Positions 12,511 through 26,501 of a DNA stretch of 64,000 nucleotides are shown in pieces. The position numbers and the translations under genes are program-made. The notes below the pieces were generated by a model, which did no database searches, was not told the DNA's origin, and saw only the letters and a program-made list of their open reading frames with translations. Position 1 is the first letter of the stretch; every line of letters starts with the position of its first letter. Origin of the DNA: Octopus sinensis (lineage: Eukaryota); assembly GCF_006345805.1 (NCBI RefSeq), contig NC_043019.1, positions 7,935,360-7,999,359 of the forward strand. The letters run 5' to 3'.

Positions 12511-12511
<1 letters not shown>

Positions 12512-13004
12512 TATATATATCTATATACATATATATTTTGTATGTATGCATGTATATATATGAATATATATATATTTTCACACAAACTGTAGCGCGGCAA
12601 CAATGATAAAATATCTTAAAATACAGTTGACATGAAACTTCTCTTCGCCTATATAGAAATTAAAAGTATTATACACACCCATACACTCATATATGTATAT
12701 CGTTATCTCTACATGCATATCTGTACGTATGCAACACATGTGCGCTGGCAACTCATTCTTTATTTACATATTGTGTATATCGATATTTTTATGTATTAAT
12801 GGATATAAATTTCAAAGCTCTTTGAATTCTTCAGCATGGCTCTCATTTTCACTGAAAAGATAATCTGAAATATTGAACACCCTGTAGGAAATGTAAATAT
12901 ATTTTTTTGAAATCTACGCTTTGGTTATTTATTTTTCTCATTGATCTTTTTAACAGCACACACACACACATGCACACACACACAAATGCACACAAGCACA
13001 CGGT

Positions 13005-13101
<97 letters not shown>

Positions 13102-13132
13102 CTTACTTACATGCACACACGTACATACCTAC

Positions 13133-13211
<79 letters not shown>

Positions 13212-13633
13212 AAGGACATATTTACACATATACGTATATAGATACGCACGTATATATCTACATATATACACAAATGTGTGTGCATATATAACTATGCAGA
13301 GTGAAATGTAGGTTATTTATTGTGATTTTTCTACTGTTTCGTTGCATATATGGAACAAGACTAATATTCAAGCATGCAAACGTGAATCACATTTGTCCCA
13401 CACTCCTGTGACTGAATATCTATTTATAGATATAGCTACCGAATATACCATACGGGCAACCCACAGTTTTATCAATATAAGCCTCTTTCTATCTTGCTCT
13501 CTCACACTCTTTGTCTCTGACTGTATGTCTCTCTGTCTCTCTTTCTCTCTCTCTCTCCCTCTCTCCCTCCCTTAATCCGTATCTACATAAACACACATGC
13601 CTAAACAAAAAAGAATATGTGGACTTCATACGT

Positions 13634-13733
13634 GAGACATCAATCTGTCCAATGTCTGATTGCCTGGGGGGCCTTTCTTTCTCAAGAATGGCGCGTTGCG
13701 AACAAGGAGAGGCGGAGTCCCTCCTAACTTCAT
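13634..13733 (+). repeat. Diverged ~100-bp copy of the start of the adjacent LINE endonuclease fragment (13930-14030)
   Basis: Shared GAGACATCAA and exact 18-mer GCGCGTTGCGAACAAGGA. Confidence 0.75.
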
Positions 13734-13925
13734 CCACACTTTGTACATGAAACAAATAGTACTCCAACTAACATTACTCAAATTATACATATAAGCCAAT
13801 TCAATGTAGTTATATGTACTGCATATCGCCATCTAGATGTTCAGAATCACACGGACTATTTTGAACTCTGCTTTACAGAAATAGAAGTTCTAGTTACATT
13901 ACAACAACACATATATGTACTTCTT

Positions 13926-14228
13926 ATGGGAGACATCAACCTGCCCAGTGTCGGATCCCCTTATGGCATGTCTCTTCCAAGAATAGCGCGTTGCGAACAA
14001 GGACTGGTGGAGTCGCTCCTGAATCTCATCAATAATGTGAAAGTGACACTGACGCTACTCTCGGATCACAATATGTTAGAGCTGACCACGTACAAACCAA
14101 AGGAATCCATGGACATACAGCCTAAAAGAAACTCTCAAAATCTTTCCAGTTTGCCTTATGGAAGATTAAGAAAGAGATCATCTAACAAAACTGGCCCAAA
14201 GGACGTTCATTGCTCCATAAATTTCTGA
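13926..14228 (+). mobile_element. LINE ORF2 apurinic-like endonuclease (APE) remnant
   Basis: ORF MGDINLP...LINNVKVTLTLLSDHNMLEL carries variants of the APE motifs GDFNxP and SDH. Confidence 0.6.
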
Positions 14229-15540
14229 GATATCGTATATTCGTGTTGTTAGAGGTGACAAAAATATAAAAGTACCGCAGTATGTGTGAAATACGCATTT
14301 TATGATATGGCTTTTCGGTAATTGGTGTGTTTGAAATGAAATATATACCGGCGTTGAAGAAGCTTCCACGAGTTCTTAGGGGGAGAACAAGAGCCAAGAT
14401 CACAATAACCGTATCCACGGAAAAAAAGACACGGACACTGTTATCGACAAGTACATCTCAACGGGGTAACTGGACCTGCTACAATTAAGAGGGAAATCTT
14501 TCCGAAATCAAATTCTACTGAATTAAATAAAGAATGTTGCATTGTGCAATGGAGATGATGATAGACCAAAACATATTGAAGAGTCACGCCTGGTTTAGTT
14601 TGCTGAAAGGTCTGCTCAATCAACGTTGACCTCGGTGTTATTAAAGAAGAACAGCAACACAATGGCGGCCAGAATGAATTGTATACATTCATTTAATTTT
14701 AGTTAATTATTTTTTTTATCACTGAATACATTCGTTACGGGTAATTAAGAATAATTTATTAGATATTGTTTTAAATAATTATTGAATTTTATTATTCCTG
14801 TGTAAAAATCAATAATTCAATATTGCACGATTTTGCTGGCCAATTGATATTCTATCTACATCAATATAGATTTATATTTGCCGTAATAAAGATTTTTGCT
14901 CTGACGAGATGACAGACGTCTCTTACTTGCAGTTTTAGACAGGTTCATGATTTTAAAATCATAATTTCCAAGAACTAACTGCAAAGGATCAAACTCTGTT
15001 ATGGAAATAACATTCGCTGGGAATTTATGAATCTCTCTCTCTCTCTCTCCCTCTCTCTCTCTCCCTCTGAATCTAAGGAAATTGTTTTCGGTTGAATAAA
15101 CTAAAGAAACACCACGAGTTCACTGGACCACGGCTGAACGAATGTGTAGAAGAAAGAAAGGAAAATGGCTATCGGGACTAAATGCCTGTTACGCAATCTT
15201 TAGATCTCAGGACACGATTACTTCTATCTCCGCTCTCTCTCCATTATACTTCACTTTAAATTTAGCTTCCACCGAAGCCAAATTTGCTTTTCTTCAAGAT
15301 AACAGATTATCTCTCTTGGATTTATAATTACCATAATAAACATTTATGCTCAGGCGAGATGGTAGAAATGTCAAAGCGGTTCTCAAACAGCTTTCTTCCC
15401 TTTGCGCTCATGGTTCTTGGGTGTATTTAATATTCTTCATTCTTTTACAAGCCCTGCCGGATGAGGATAACTTTGACCCTTCCTGCCACCACTGCAACAT
15501 AAAGTTCAAGTTGGCGGAATATCTACAAGCATTGTTTTTA

Positions 15541-15849
15541 TTCTTTTATTCTTTTACTTGTTTCAGCCATTTGACTGCGGCCATTTTGGAGTGCCGCCTT
15601 TAGTAGAAGAAATTGACCCCAAGACTCTATCTTTGCAAGCCTAGTGCTTATTCTATCGGTGGCTTATCGAACTGCTAAGTTACGGGGACGTAAAAACCCC
15701 CTTATCAGTTGTCAAACGATTGTGGCGGTGGTGGTGGTGGGAGTCAAACATAGACGGAAATACATATATATATATTAAAGCTATAATTAAGGGTATCTAT
15801 CATACAGAGATAGCAGTCAAAATTTAACACACACAAACACATACATACA

Positions 15850-15908
<59 letters not shown>

Positions 15909-16083
15909 TATATATATAATATATATATACGACGGGCTTCTTTCGTTTTCCGTTTACGAAATCTGGTCAATAGCCTTGGTCGGCCCACGACTACTGTAGA
16001 AGAGAGTTGCCCAAGATGCCACGCAATGGGACTGAACCCGGAACCATGTGGTTAGGAAGCAAGCATCTTACCACACAGCCACT
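15541..16083 (-). mobile_element. OR-like CORE-SINE with expanded internal (TA)n
   Basis: Tail TTTTACTTGTTTCAGCCATTTGACTGCGGCC; head ...GGGACTGAACCCGGAACCATGTGG...ACCACACAGCCAC; homologous to 28896-29302. Confidence 0.85.
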
Positions 16084-16229
16084 ATATAAATTTGTTTCGC
16101 TAGTTCTCTATTTCCAAGTGATATACTCATATTCCATTTAATAAATACGTTAACCCACATTTGAATATTGTTGCTTTAATTTCTTGTATGACAATCATAT
16201 TCCTAGTGGCGATCTTTCCTTGGTCCTTT

Positions 16230-16345
16230 ATGTTGTTGCCAAGGAAAAGTCGACATCGCCGAAATTTGAACTCAGAACGTAGAGACAGACGAAGTACGCT
16301 AACCATTTTCCCTGTATGCTTAGGATTCCGCCAACACACAGCCTT
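16230..16345 (-). mobile_element. OK-like SINE head fragment
   Basis: AAAAGTCGACATCGCCGAAATTTGAACTCAGAACGT matches the family's B-box region. Confidence 0.65.
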
Positions 16346-16617
16346 ATTTCGAGAATAAATATTGAAATTACCACACAAATGCAATTCATTTTAAGAAGAT
16401 AAATACGATATACTTTGGTTAAATAACAATAAAGTATATTTCTAACAAAATCTCCTTCCTAAACAAGGAAGTAGAGCATTTAATAAGAAATGTCCGTTAA
16501 ATAATAATAATTTTTTTTTGTCACTTATCGAATAAATATTTATAGTTACGGCTTGTTTTCTTTACTCTATCTTGTTTACATCAACAGCAAGCAAACAAGA
16601 TTTCGTTGAAGACGCAT

Positions 16618-16650
<33 letters not shown>

Positions 16651-18534
16651 AAGAAAGAATAAAATTATTGAAAGTGACAGAAACCAATAATATTCACACG
16701 GAAATTTAATTGAAATCACATTCATTGTGCGTTGTTTGTCGGTGCATAAAGAACAGACGTAGAATTTACTTGTTACGTACCGAGTGGCCTGTCTTATATT
16801 TTCTACTATTCATCTAAATTCAATGAAGGCGTGATTATGATTGTGTTTGCAAAGTGTTAATTGGAGGCGATAAATTAATAAAATGACGAGCTAGCTGGAA
16901 TTTTAGAGCTGTCAGAAAATAAAATATGGTTTGTAATATTTTTCTGGGTATCCATATTCTGTGTTCAAATACGACCGAGGACAAATTTAATCCTATTTAT
17001 TTCCCTTTTCAGCGTCGATAGCAAAGTTTGCCATCATGTTCTAGGGTTCAAGTATTCGACTTACGTTTTCCCCTCGAAATATCTTGTCTTGTGTAAAAAT
17101 TAGAAATAATACTCAATATTGTGACTACGAGGATTGTTACCGCGTCGGACAAAAGATTTAGTGGTTAAAGTAGACCAACAACTCAGACCCACTCCCTCTA
17201 TATTATATGGGCTATTTCACCTCCGAAAAACCTAACAACCCGTGGGATCTAAATGGCTAAACACCCTCGCACTCAATCCTTACTGGTCTCTTTAGTTTTC
17301 CTAAATATATTTTCTAAAAGTACTCTTTGTATAATTCGGTCTGAGATACACTATGTCTGTTAAGTAAATTATGGTCATAAGATTCTTCGTACCAAGTTGC
17401 GATGAAAGGATCAGTGGGTCCAACAGTCAACCGAGAATTGACTTGTGGAAGTCAAATGACTTGCGGAAGCTGACTTCAAAACTAAATATCGCCTGCACTT
17501 CTCCTTGACGCCTTGTACATCTTGCCATTTCGTCTCATTGGTCAGAAATTAATATTTTGGAATATAAACCTGATAGAACAATAGAGCCTTTAGTTAGGCA
17601 AAAACGTAGGGAATTGTTCACGCATGGACTCGAAGCCCGAGATCCTATTTAATGCCTCACAGTATCTTATAAATAACGTGGGACTCGATAGAGAAGAAAA
17701 CAGGTTAACCGTTTCTCTTGTGGAATCGTTCAAGGAGCCAAGATAGAAAGGTTCACCAATCAACACGAAGACACGCTACAACACGATTTGCACGTTTGTG
17801 GACTAGCTAAGCACTAAGGAAGTGTGTTCGATATTTTCAAAATATTGTAAATAATCAGTTGTCATCAGATGGAAGAACAAGTGAAAAGAAATGCCCGGTT
17901 GCCGTCCCGTTCTAAATTCTACAGCGGAACGCACTTCAATGGTTTTAGAAAGTCTCATTCCGTTTATAACAAGTCATTAGCAATCGTTCTACTGCAGTCC
18001 ATTTCACAGGAGAAATTTTACCTCGAGTATTCTTCAGCAAAGGTTCTCAATGCGCAAAGTAGCCAGTGAGTTAATGCACGAGTGAGAGCGAATGTGTTTA
18101 TTTGAAAGATAGATAAATCGATTGATAGAGAGAGTGATAGAGAAGTGAAGAAGCGATAAAGGGAGAAAGAGAGTGAGGTGAAAGAGCGATAAAGGTAGAG
18201 AGAGAAAGAGAGAGAGATTTTATTTACCGGATTGATGAAGGACAAAGATGGCACCGTTGGTATTGAATGTCACAGTGCAGACAGCTTGTAGGAAATGAAG
18301 CAGAGAATTCTCTTCGATGCTCGAAAGACTCAGCCACTTCAACGGTTTAGATGTCGGTTGAATAATGAATAAAACACAACTACTTCAACAGGATGAAGAC
18401 TACATCATACATACAAATGCACTGAGATTGGGTTCTCTGTGAAATAAATATTTCACTACTTTTTCTTTTTCTTTTCATTTTCTCTTATTATTATTATTAG
18501 TTATGTGAGGCCAATACAAATATTACAACAGAAA

Positions 18535-18848
18535 ACCAAAGATGAACTATTAAGAAAATCTAAGGAAATTTTATTAGACACTATCAACTAGCGGAAAGGA
18601 AAATATTTTGGACACTTAATTAGAAAAAAGAATGGATTACAGAATCTGCTCATAGAATGCGAAATGAATGAGAAAGAAAAAGAACGAGAAATAAATATAA
18701 AGGAGACGAAAAATACGAAGAATTGGACAACCTTAAAACAAAGTGAATGTATAAGACTGTAAGAATGTAATAAATTAAATAATCGCAAAGAAAACTGAGA
18801 TGGTGATTCATGGTCTTTCATCTTGTAAGATGAAGAGGCGTGATGTTG
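18535..18848 (+). mobile_element. RTE-like LINE ORF2 3' remnant
   Basis: ILLDTIN*RKGKYFGHLIRKKNGLQNLLIECEM resembles the RTE C-terminal LLxTIKxRKLKYFGHIIR..L..LLIEG. Confidence 0.6.
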
Positions 18849-19502
18849 ATAGCATAGAAGAATTTTGATTACCTTCGTGAGTATAAATGAAGGGAAAAGT
18901 TGATCATTTCAATCTGCGGTCAAATGACTTCCATGGTAAGTCAGCCCCAAAATTTATTTCCCACATAAACATATAAGTCTTTTATTAAAAGGGATACAAT
19001 GGGAAAGTCAGTGGTACTCTTTAGTGTGAATTGCAATATACGTTCTGCAGGTCAGCTCTAAGATACAGTTAAATTAATAAATGCTCTCCAAACATGACAA
19101 TCCCACTTCATTTGAAGCATTGCATCCAGGATTTGACAATCCAGTGTAATGTTTTAACAACACTATAATGCAATTAAAAAAAATACATCATTTATTGAAA
19201 CATTCTATCAAAAATTGAGGATTTTCTGATAAACCATTTTGTTTGCAGAGAATAGGTCACCATGAGGTGTTGTCATTTTTCCTGTTTTTCAAGCCAAAGG
19301 ATTCCTCTAGAAATGGAAAATCATTAATTGTTTATATCACCTTCAATGTGGAAAACAATTTAATTAAAATTCTAGAGATATATTCTGTTGTTGTTGTTGT
19401 GCTTGTTCTAGTTGTAGAGTAGTGACCGGAAATTTTGACAGAGTACACTAATGGTGATGAACATACTAATTGCGATAACACTTTTTAATATAAGTTTCTA
19501 TT

Positions 19503-19650
19503 CTGGCAGTGAGCTGCCAGAGTCGTTGCCGCACCAGGCAAATTGCTTCTGCACTCAAATTCTGCCGGATCGACTTCACCTTTCATCCTTTCGAGATCGA
19601 TAAAATAAGTGTTGAGTACTGATGTCGGAGTTAACGACAGTTATTCTTCT
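19503..19650 (+). mobile_element. OK-like SINE, internally deleted
   Basis: GGCAGTGAGCTGCCAGAGTCGTT...CTCAAATTCTGCCGGATCGACTTCACCTTTCATCCTTTCGAGATCGATAAAATAAGT. Confidence 0.7.
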
Positions 19651-21256
19651 TCAGGAGATCTGCCTTCACTGTACGCGCCATTATTGCCGTATCCTTTAAC
19701 TCTTTTTGACGAAACTAAGATTCACAACACTGGTCATTTCGATTGAGTAACTACACTTCCTACTGTACACCTCATCGGGTCATAATTTAAATGTTACGTT
19801 TCTCAAGGTAATTTATTTTTTAATCTTCCTACGAAAATAGATGACCATGCCCCCCCCCCCCAAAAAAAAAAACTTACAGGGCCTCGAAGATTGTTGAGAG
19901 GCAAATAAAAATTTATCCTCCATTTTAAAAAGCACTTGAGGTGAAAGACGATGATATGTACCTGGTGAGATGTTAAATCTACAAACTATGTAAACCATTC
20001 AAGAATTTGAACTCAGAAAGCAATATGCAGACCCTGCAACGCATCAGCCCGACATTTACTCAACGCACTATTCGACCACTTTCAATTGGGTCATTTTCTC
20101 GATCCGGGAAATGTGAAATACAACGATAGTCTTAGCAAGTTCTGAACTCAATACACGAGCGAGAGAAGAAATGCCAGGAAACAAACTGTCCAACGTTTAA
20201 AGCCTCTGCCAAAGCATTGCAGAATTTGAACTTAGAGCGTAACAATTGGAAACAGTTAACCTTGGCATTCTATCCGACGCTGAAAGAACCTCTACTCCTT
20301 TCCCAATCTACAAAATTTCAAGGATCTCTTCCAAAGAACTAACATTTCCGCCAAATCACTACCCTACATATTCAGCTACAACAACCGAAACAAAATTAAC
20401 GATTCTTTCAATTTACAGAATATCAGACAATAGCAAGAATTATGAAGAAACATAGAACTTCGATCTTAGTGAAAAGAAAAGAAATTGAAAAGAAATCCGT
20501 AATCCGATTGGTTGTTTAGGATAACGGAGTAGTCGAGGCATAATAGCTCTGAGTAATTACGGTTATATGGAGATCACAATAAGATTACAAAGCTGGTTAC
20601 ATACCTACATACACACATACGTACATACATACATGTGTGTGTGTGTGTTTGTGTGAGTTTGAGAGAGAGAAAGAGAGTATATTTGTGTGTATATATGTTG
20701 AGATTTAAATAAAAAAACTGTCGGAATTCTATCAAAGCGAAAGAAAAATGACTCAATGAAATATATCGCACGACACACAATAGATTTATAACCAACAGCA
20801 TATTTTTGACTTACAAAGAAACAACAACATTGATACGTTCAACTCTGTCAATTGAAAATTGTAAGAAATCATCGTAAAATACAAAATATGTGACAGATTT
20901 CAAATTTTGTCCGGAAGCAAAATTTGGCTTCAATTTATGGATCATAAAATCAAAAATTCCAACAATAAATAATCCAGCAAAACTCAAAGCAGAAATAAGT
21001 TATATATTTTTCTTTTTGGCATTCTAATAGTCAAAATTTTAAGGTTCGTTTATAGACTTATAAAGTAACAGAGTAATAACAGCACGCTTCTTGTTGGATT
21101 CGTTTGTTGAAGTAATAAACCGCAAATGAAAATCAGCTTTAAATAATAGATTATTGTGGATTTTATCAAAAAATTATTAATTCAAGTTAGCATTGAATTG
21201 TGTTGGAAACAATGATGATGTTAGTTTTGATTGTTAATATAAATATTCATATCAAA

Positions 21257-21462
21257 GGTAGCGAGGTGGTGGAATCGTTGGCAGGCGGGACAAAGTGCTT
21301 AGCAACATGTCGCTCGTCTTTGTGTTGTGAGCTCAAATTCTGCTGAGGTCGGATTTTGTTTTCATCCTTTCGGAGTCGATAAAGTAAGTACATGTTGAGC
21401 TATTGGGTCGATGTAATCGATTTGTCCCCAGTCCGAAACAGTGGCAAAATTTCAAACCAATA
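21257..21462 (+). mobile_element. OK-like SINE monomer
   Basis: Head GGTAGCGAGGTGGTGGAATCGTT, core TTTCATCCTTTCGGAGTCGATAAAGTAAGTAC, GGGTCGATGTAATCGA. Confidence 0.8.
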
Positions 21463-21654
21463 TAAACAGCCATTTAGGGTGAAAGAAATGCTCTCATAAT
21501 GCTTTACGGATTAAAAATCACTGATTATTCGCTTCAAATATACTCAACTGAAATAGCAAAAATCATCCTATATGATGCAAGTAGCTTTATACTTGCATCA
21601 TATAGGATGTTTGTAATATCAGTATTGCTATTCTATATTTCTGGGACGCGGTAT

Positions 21655-21829
21655 TATGTACATTATTTACAATGGACGGTTAGGTGTTCTCAACTTGTTT
21701 GTTGTTACCACAACGCTTCGTCCGATGTACTCACCCGAAATATTCGGCTGGGAGTACTTCAGCCGAAACGTTGTGGCAACAAGAAACAAGGTGAGAACAC
21801 CTATCCGTCCATTGTAAATAATGTAAATA
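21655..21829. mobile_element. ~170-bp imperfect palindrome built from a Penelope-like terminal repeat containing half of a hammerhead motif
   Basis: Arms ~89% complementary (8 mismatches in 74 nt), centre CCGAA-ATA-TTCGG; right arm GGCTG-GGAGTACTT-CAGCC-GAAACGTT-GTG; homologous to 36260-36362 on the minus strand. Confidence 0.75.
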
Positions 21830-23526
21830 TCATTATTGCTATTAATCAGAAATATATATATTCAACAATCTGATATCTTATAAAAACATATATTTAGTAT
21901 TTAAAATTTTTACAAAATTTCAAAATTATATAATTTCGTTTATTAAAAAGACTGATTTCGAAATGTAGGTATAAACAAAAGAGCAGGTACTAACACGAAA
22001 GTAGAGTTCTTGTGTTGTAGGAAATTAAGAAATACGTCGTCATATGAAGCTAAATGAAACCCTTCGATTCGTTTCAGTAAATTCTAACCGAAAATCTGAC
22101 ATGTTAAACAATGTTATGAAGAATGGTAGAGACTCGTTTGAGGAGCATCCTATCTCATTAAGGTTATTTAAATAATGTTATAAATTATAAAATTAATGCT
22201 TGAGATATTAGGAATGTTACAGATGGTAACATTATATATTCACTGAATGTAATTAACCCCCGAAGCAATTGACATTTGGTTACAAAATTAAAATGACTTG
22301 ATGTAACCCTCCTTGTAATTTATATGCATTCATCAGTATAGACAGACACTGTTTAACGTGAAAGCAACAATTATGCTTCAATGTTTAACTCGACGAAATG
22401 TTCTAAACAGTTCAACGCATTAATGCGTATAAATGGCAATTATTTGGTGGCAAATTTCGCCTTTATATCACGCAACGATATCAACACCTTGTTAAATATT
22501 TAAAAGCTGTTCAAATTGATAACTTTTCCTAATCCAGCAAGAACGCAAAAAACAAAGAAAAATGTTTAAAGTCAGACAAATCTTTGAACATAGCTGGATT
22601 CGAAATGCAGAATTAAGATTATTCACAGAAAATTGAACATCAATGGGTTTGCAAAATTGTACAACTCGCTGAATAATTTTTGTTATCCTTGAGTAATTAG
22701 AAAAGACACGTGCTTTTCTGTGAAACAATGGGGACAACCTTTATCGGAACTCAGGAATTACGTCATTTCATTCTCTCGAGATATTACATGTTCCGATTCA
22801 AAGAATTTTAATTCAAACGGATATTCAATTGATTTTTCTAACACGATGATACGAAAGCAATAAACACTAACTTCCTTTACTTTTACGAATTTCACACAGA
22901 TACTTAGAATATTTGTTTCCAAATTCAGTATTGAAAGAAATTATTCATATACACATCTTAATAATTTTAGGTAAAAATAATTTGGTGTATAATCATTTTA
23001 ATATGATTGATCTCTCTTTGATCTTTGAATTTTCGTAATTACTCGGAAACAGTCATGCGACCGATATTGTATATTCAACGGAACTCTTTGATTCAGAAAT
23101 ATAGTCCCTTTGTTATTTGTGTTTGTTAATTGTTGTGTGTTGGGATAAGAATGAAAATGTCGTGAATATTTGTGTTCAATATTGCCAAGTGAGCCTAAGT
23201 GAGAAACATTGTGTAACAATTGCTACATTTCAACTTTAACGTGAAATACTATACTTTATTTTCAGTGTGGAGTTGTTTCGTTTGGAGTAGGTCACTCTGC
23301 TGGGTAGTCATTTTCTACATACACACAAGAACAAGCGCAAACCCACGTACACATTCTCACGAACAGATAGACAAACACACATACAAACACACACATAGTA
23401 CTTTTAGTTGCACCAGCCTGAAGTGTAAACATTAGTAACCCTTCTTCGGGAAAATAGACGGACACGAACGTGAAACTCTGAGTAACAGTTTTTTTAGATA
23501 TTTTTGCAACGTTTTAATAACGTGTG

Positions 23527-23580
<54 letters not shown>

Positions 23581-23790
23581 ATCCAATCAAGAAAACACAA
23601 AAAAAAAACACAGCAACGCGAGGACGTGGAACAAATAAAGTATTATTGGACGCTCAGGAAAGAAGGGAAGAAGGAGGATTTAACGTTTCAAGCGGAGCTC
23701 TTCGTCGGAAACATAGGAGAAGGAAAGATCCCGAGAAGGGAAGGCAGAAGAAAAAAAATTGCTGGCGGTGCTCAGCAATATATATACATG

Positions 23791-23929
23791 GGTATAGGCG
23801 TGGCTGTCTTGTATGAAGCTTGCTTCCCAACCAAATGGTTCCGGGTTCAGTGCCACCTCATGGCAATACTCTAACCTCGGGGCGAACTTTTGAGTGCATT
23901 TGGAATATGGAAACTCAAAGAAGCCTGTC

Positions 23930-23968
<39 letters not shown>

Positions 23969-24206
23969 TGTGTGTGTGTGTGTGTATGTGTGTGCGTGTA
24001 TCTGTGTGTCTCTCCTCACCATCGCCTGACAACCGATGTCGGTGTGTTTACGTTCCCCTAACTGAGCAGTTCAGCAAAAGTGACCCACATACTAAGTACT
24101 ACTCTTACCAAAAATAAGTTCTGGGGTCGATTTATTCGACTAAACGCGTTGCTCCAGCATGGCCACAGTCGAATTACTGAAACAAATAAAATGATAGAAG
24201 AAAAGA
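23791..24206 (+). mobile_element. OR-like CORE-SINE with internal (TA)n(TG)n
   Basis: Head GGTATAGGCGTGGCTGT...GGTTCCGGGTTCAGTGCCAC; tail ...GGGGTCGATTTATTCGACTAAA...CTCCAGCATGGCCACAGTC. Confidence 0.85.
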
Positions 24207-24269
24207 ATACACATATATATGTATATATCTATATCTATATATATATATATATATATATTTATATGTATG

Positions 24270-24328
<59 letters not shown>

Positions 24329-25356
24329 GTGTGTGAGTGTCTGTGTGGGAGTGTCTGTGTGTGTGTGTGTAAATATTGACACACATCTACAGACTCCCAC
24401 ACACACATATATTCTTATATAACTCTAGAGATGTGTGAGTGGGTGTCGAAATAAATGTAGGAGAAACTGTAAAACGTTGGCTACGAAATTTCCATTCTCA
24501 GGCATCTTCCGTATAAGGAAATCTAAGAGATTTTCGCCTTCCACCTGCTGCTGCTACTGCTGCTGCTTTGCTCTCTGAAGCTGCACCAGCTGCAGTCGTT
24601 GTGGCTTCTTTTGTTGTGCTTGATTGCTTTAATTGCCCTAAATAAATAAAAGCTGGTATGCTAGTAATGCAGTATTGGATTGCTGCTAGAAATCTGAAAT
24701 TGTTGATGGTTGCAACGGCAGAAGAATCACGGCAGCGCAGCTTCCTTGAAAGGAATGTCGTGTATGTGACAAAACGCCCAACAACAACCTCCGTATCCTT
24801 AAAAATGTTATCAAAAATTCCTGAAAATTTAAGCAGAATACAACACACACACATGGTGTGTGTGTGTGCGTGTGTGTGTATTAGAAAAAATAAGGAATTA
24901 ATATACATAAAATACAAAACACATAACGAGAAAATTTTCCAAACTAAAAACATACAATTTGCAAAATTCGAAAACAATAAAAAGGAATTTGATTTAAAAA
25001 AAAAATTTGAACTGATAGAATAAGAAAAATGAAAATGTATAAAACGAAAGTAAAAATAATTTCTTGAGTTTGGAAAGAGAAAAAAAAAAGGAGGATAAAA
25101 TAACATTGAGGTAAAATAGAATTTAAATAAAAAAATTTGTAGAAAAAATTGAAAGAAGTCTGGTAAAATTCAATAAGCAAGTTTTACTAAATTGAATTTA
25201 AGTACAGAGAATACTAAATGCGAGTAAATTCTATATTATCAGAATCAGAACTAAATTGTTTAAAGATTTAGGAAAATTCCCGCGAATGTATTCATGTATG
25301 TATATATGTTTAAATGCATATGAGTACGTACATATATATATATAATATATATATAT

Positions 25357-25400
<44 letters not shown>

Positions 25401-25762
25401 GTATATATATATGTATATATGTATATATATATAATATATACATATATATGTGTATATATATGTGTGTATGTGTGTGCGTGTATGTGTGTGTATACGTATA
25501 TGTATATATATATATACATATATACGTATGTATACATATACATATACATTTATATATACATATATAATTTCTAAATATATATATTTGGGTATATATGTAT
25601 CTTTGTATGTATGTGTGCGTATCAGTGTGTTGGTGTACGTGTATGTATATATATATATATATCTTCCTCTCTCTCTCTCTCTCTTACACACACACACATA
25701 CACACTCTCTCTCTCTCTCTCAATATATCTATTTAACCTATCTATTTATCTAGCAATCTCTG

Positions 25763-25809
<47 letters not shown>

Positions 25810-25845
25810 CGTAGCTGTACTTGCTTGAATTACATTCGTTATGTG

Positions 25846-25890
<45 letters not shown>

Positions 25891-26448
25891 CTGTGTTTGC
25901 TCACAAATGGTATAAGTGTGTTTATGTGTAATTCTATCTGGATAAAAGTAGAATGTTCACGTTGTATGTTCTGTTTTGTATGGCTTTTTTTTCTTCTCTG
26001 GTTTTAATCAAATTTTGTCACGCTATAAAAATGTGGAAGGAAAACGCTATGGCTCTTGTTAGATGAGTGCAAGAAAGGTCAATAGTTCGATGCCCTTTTT
26101 TTTCATTAAGGAATACTTGGTGTTTATGGGAGGGTGGAGTAAAAACGTTACACATTTAGAGAGAGACCGAGAGGGATTAGTTCCATGTTATACGTGAGCC
26201 ACATGCATTTAAGAAAGTGTGGAAGCAAACAGAGGAGAGGACGAGGAGAAGGAGGAGAAGGAGGAGGAAGAGATGGACGAGAAAGTGGAGGACATATTCT
26301 GAATATGTAATAATGTGAATGGAAGGGAAACGTAGCGCACTACATTTGAAATTAGATTAAAGAGGTAGAGTGATATAAGAAATGATATTTACGACATGAG
26401 ATTATGATAAAAAGACTAGAGAGCAATGTACGTATGTATGCACGTGTG

Positions 26449-26487
<39 letters not shown>

Positions 26488-26501
<14 letters not shown>

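Noticed and set aside
22020-22740. Mariner-like traces (KNGRDSFEEHP at about 22121)
   Set aside because: Only a few residues resemble the mariner HTH linker; no TIRs or DDD motif found.
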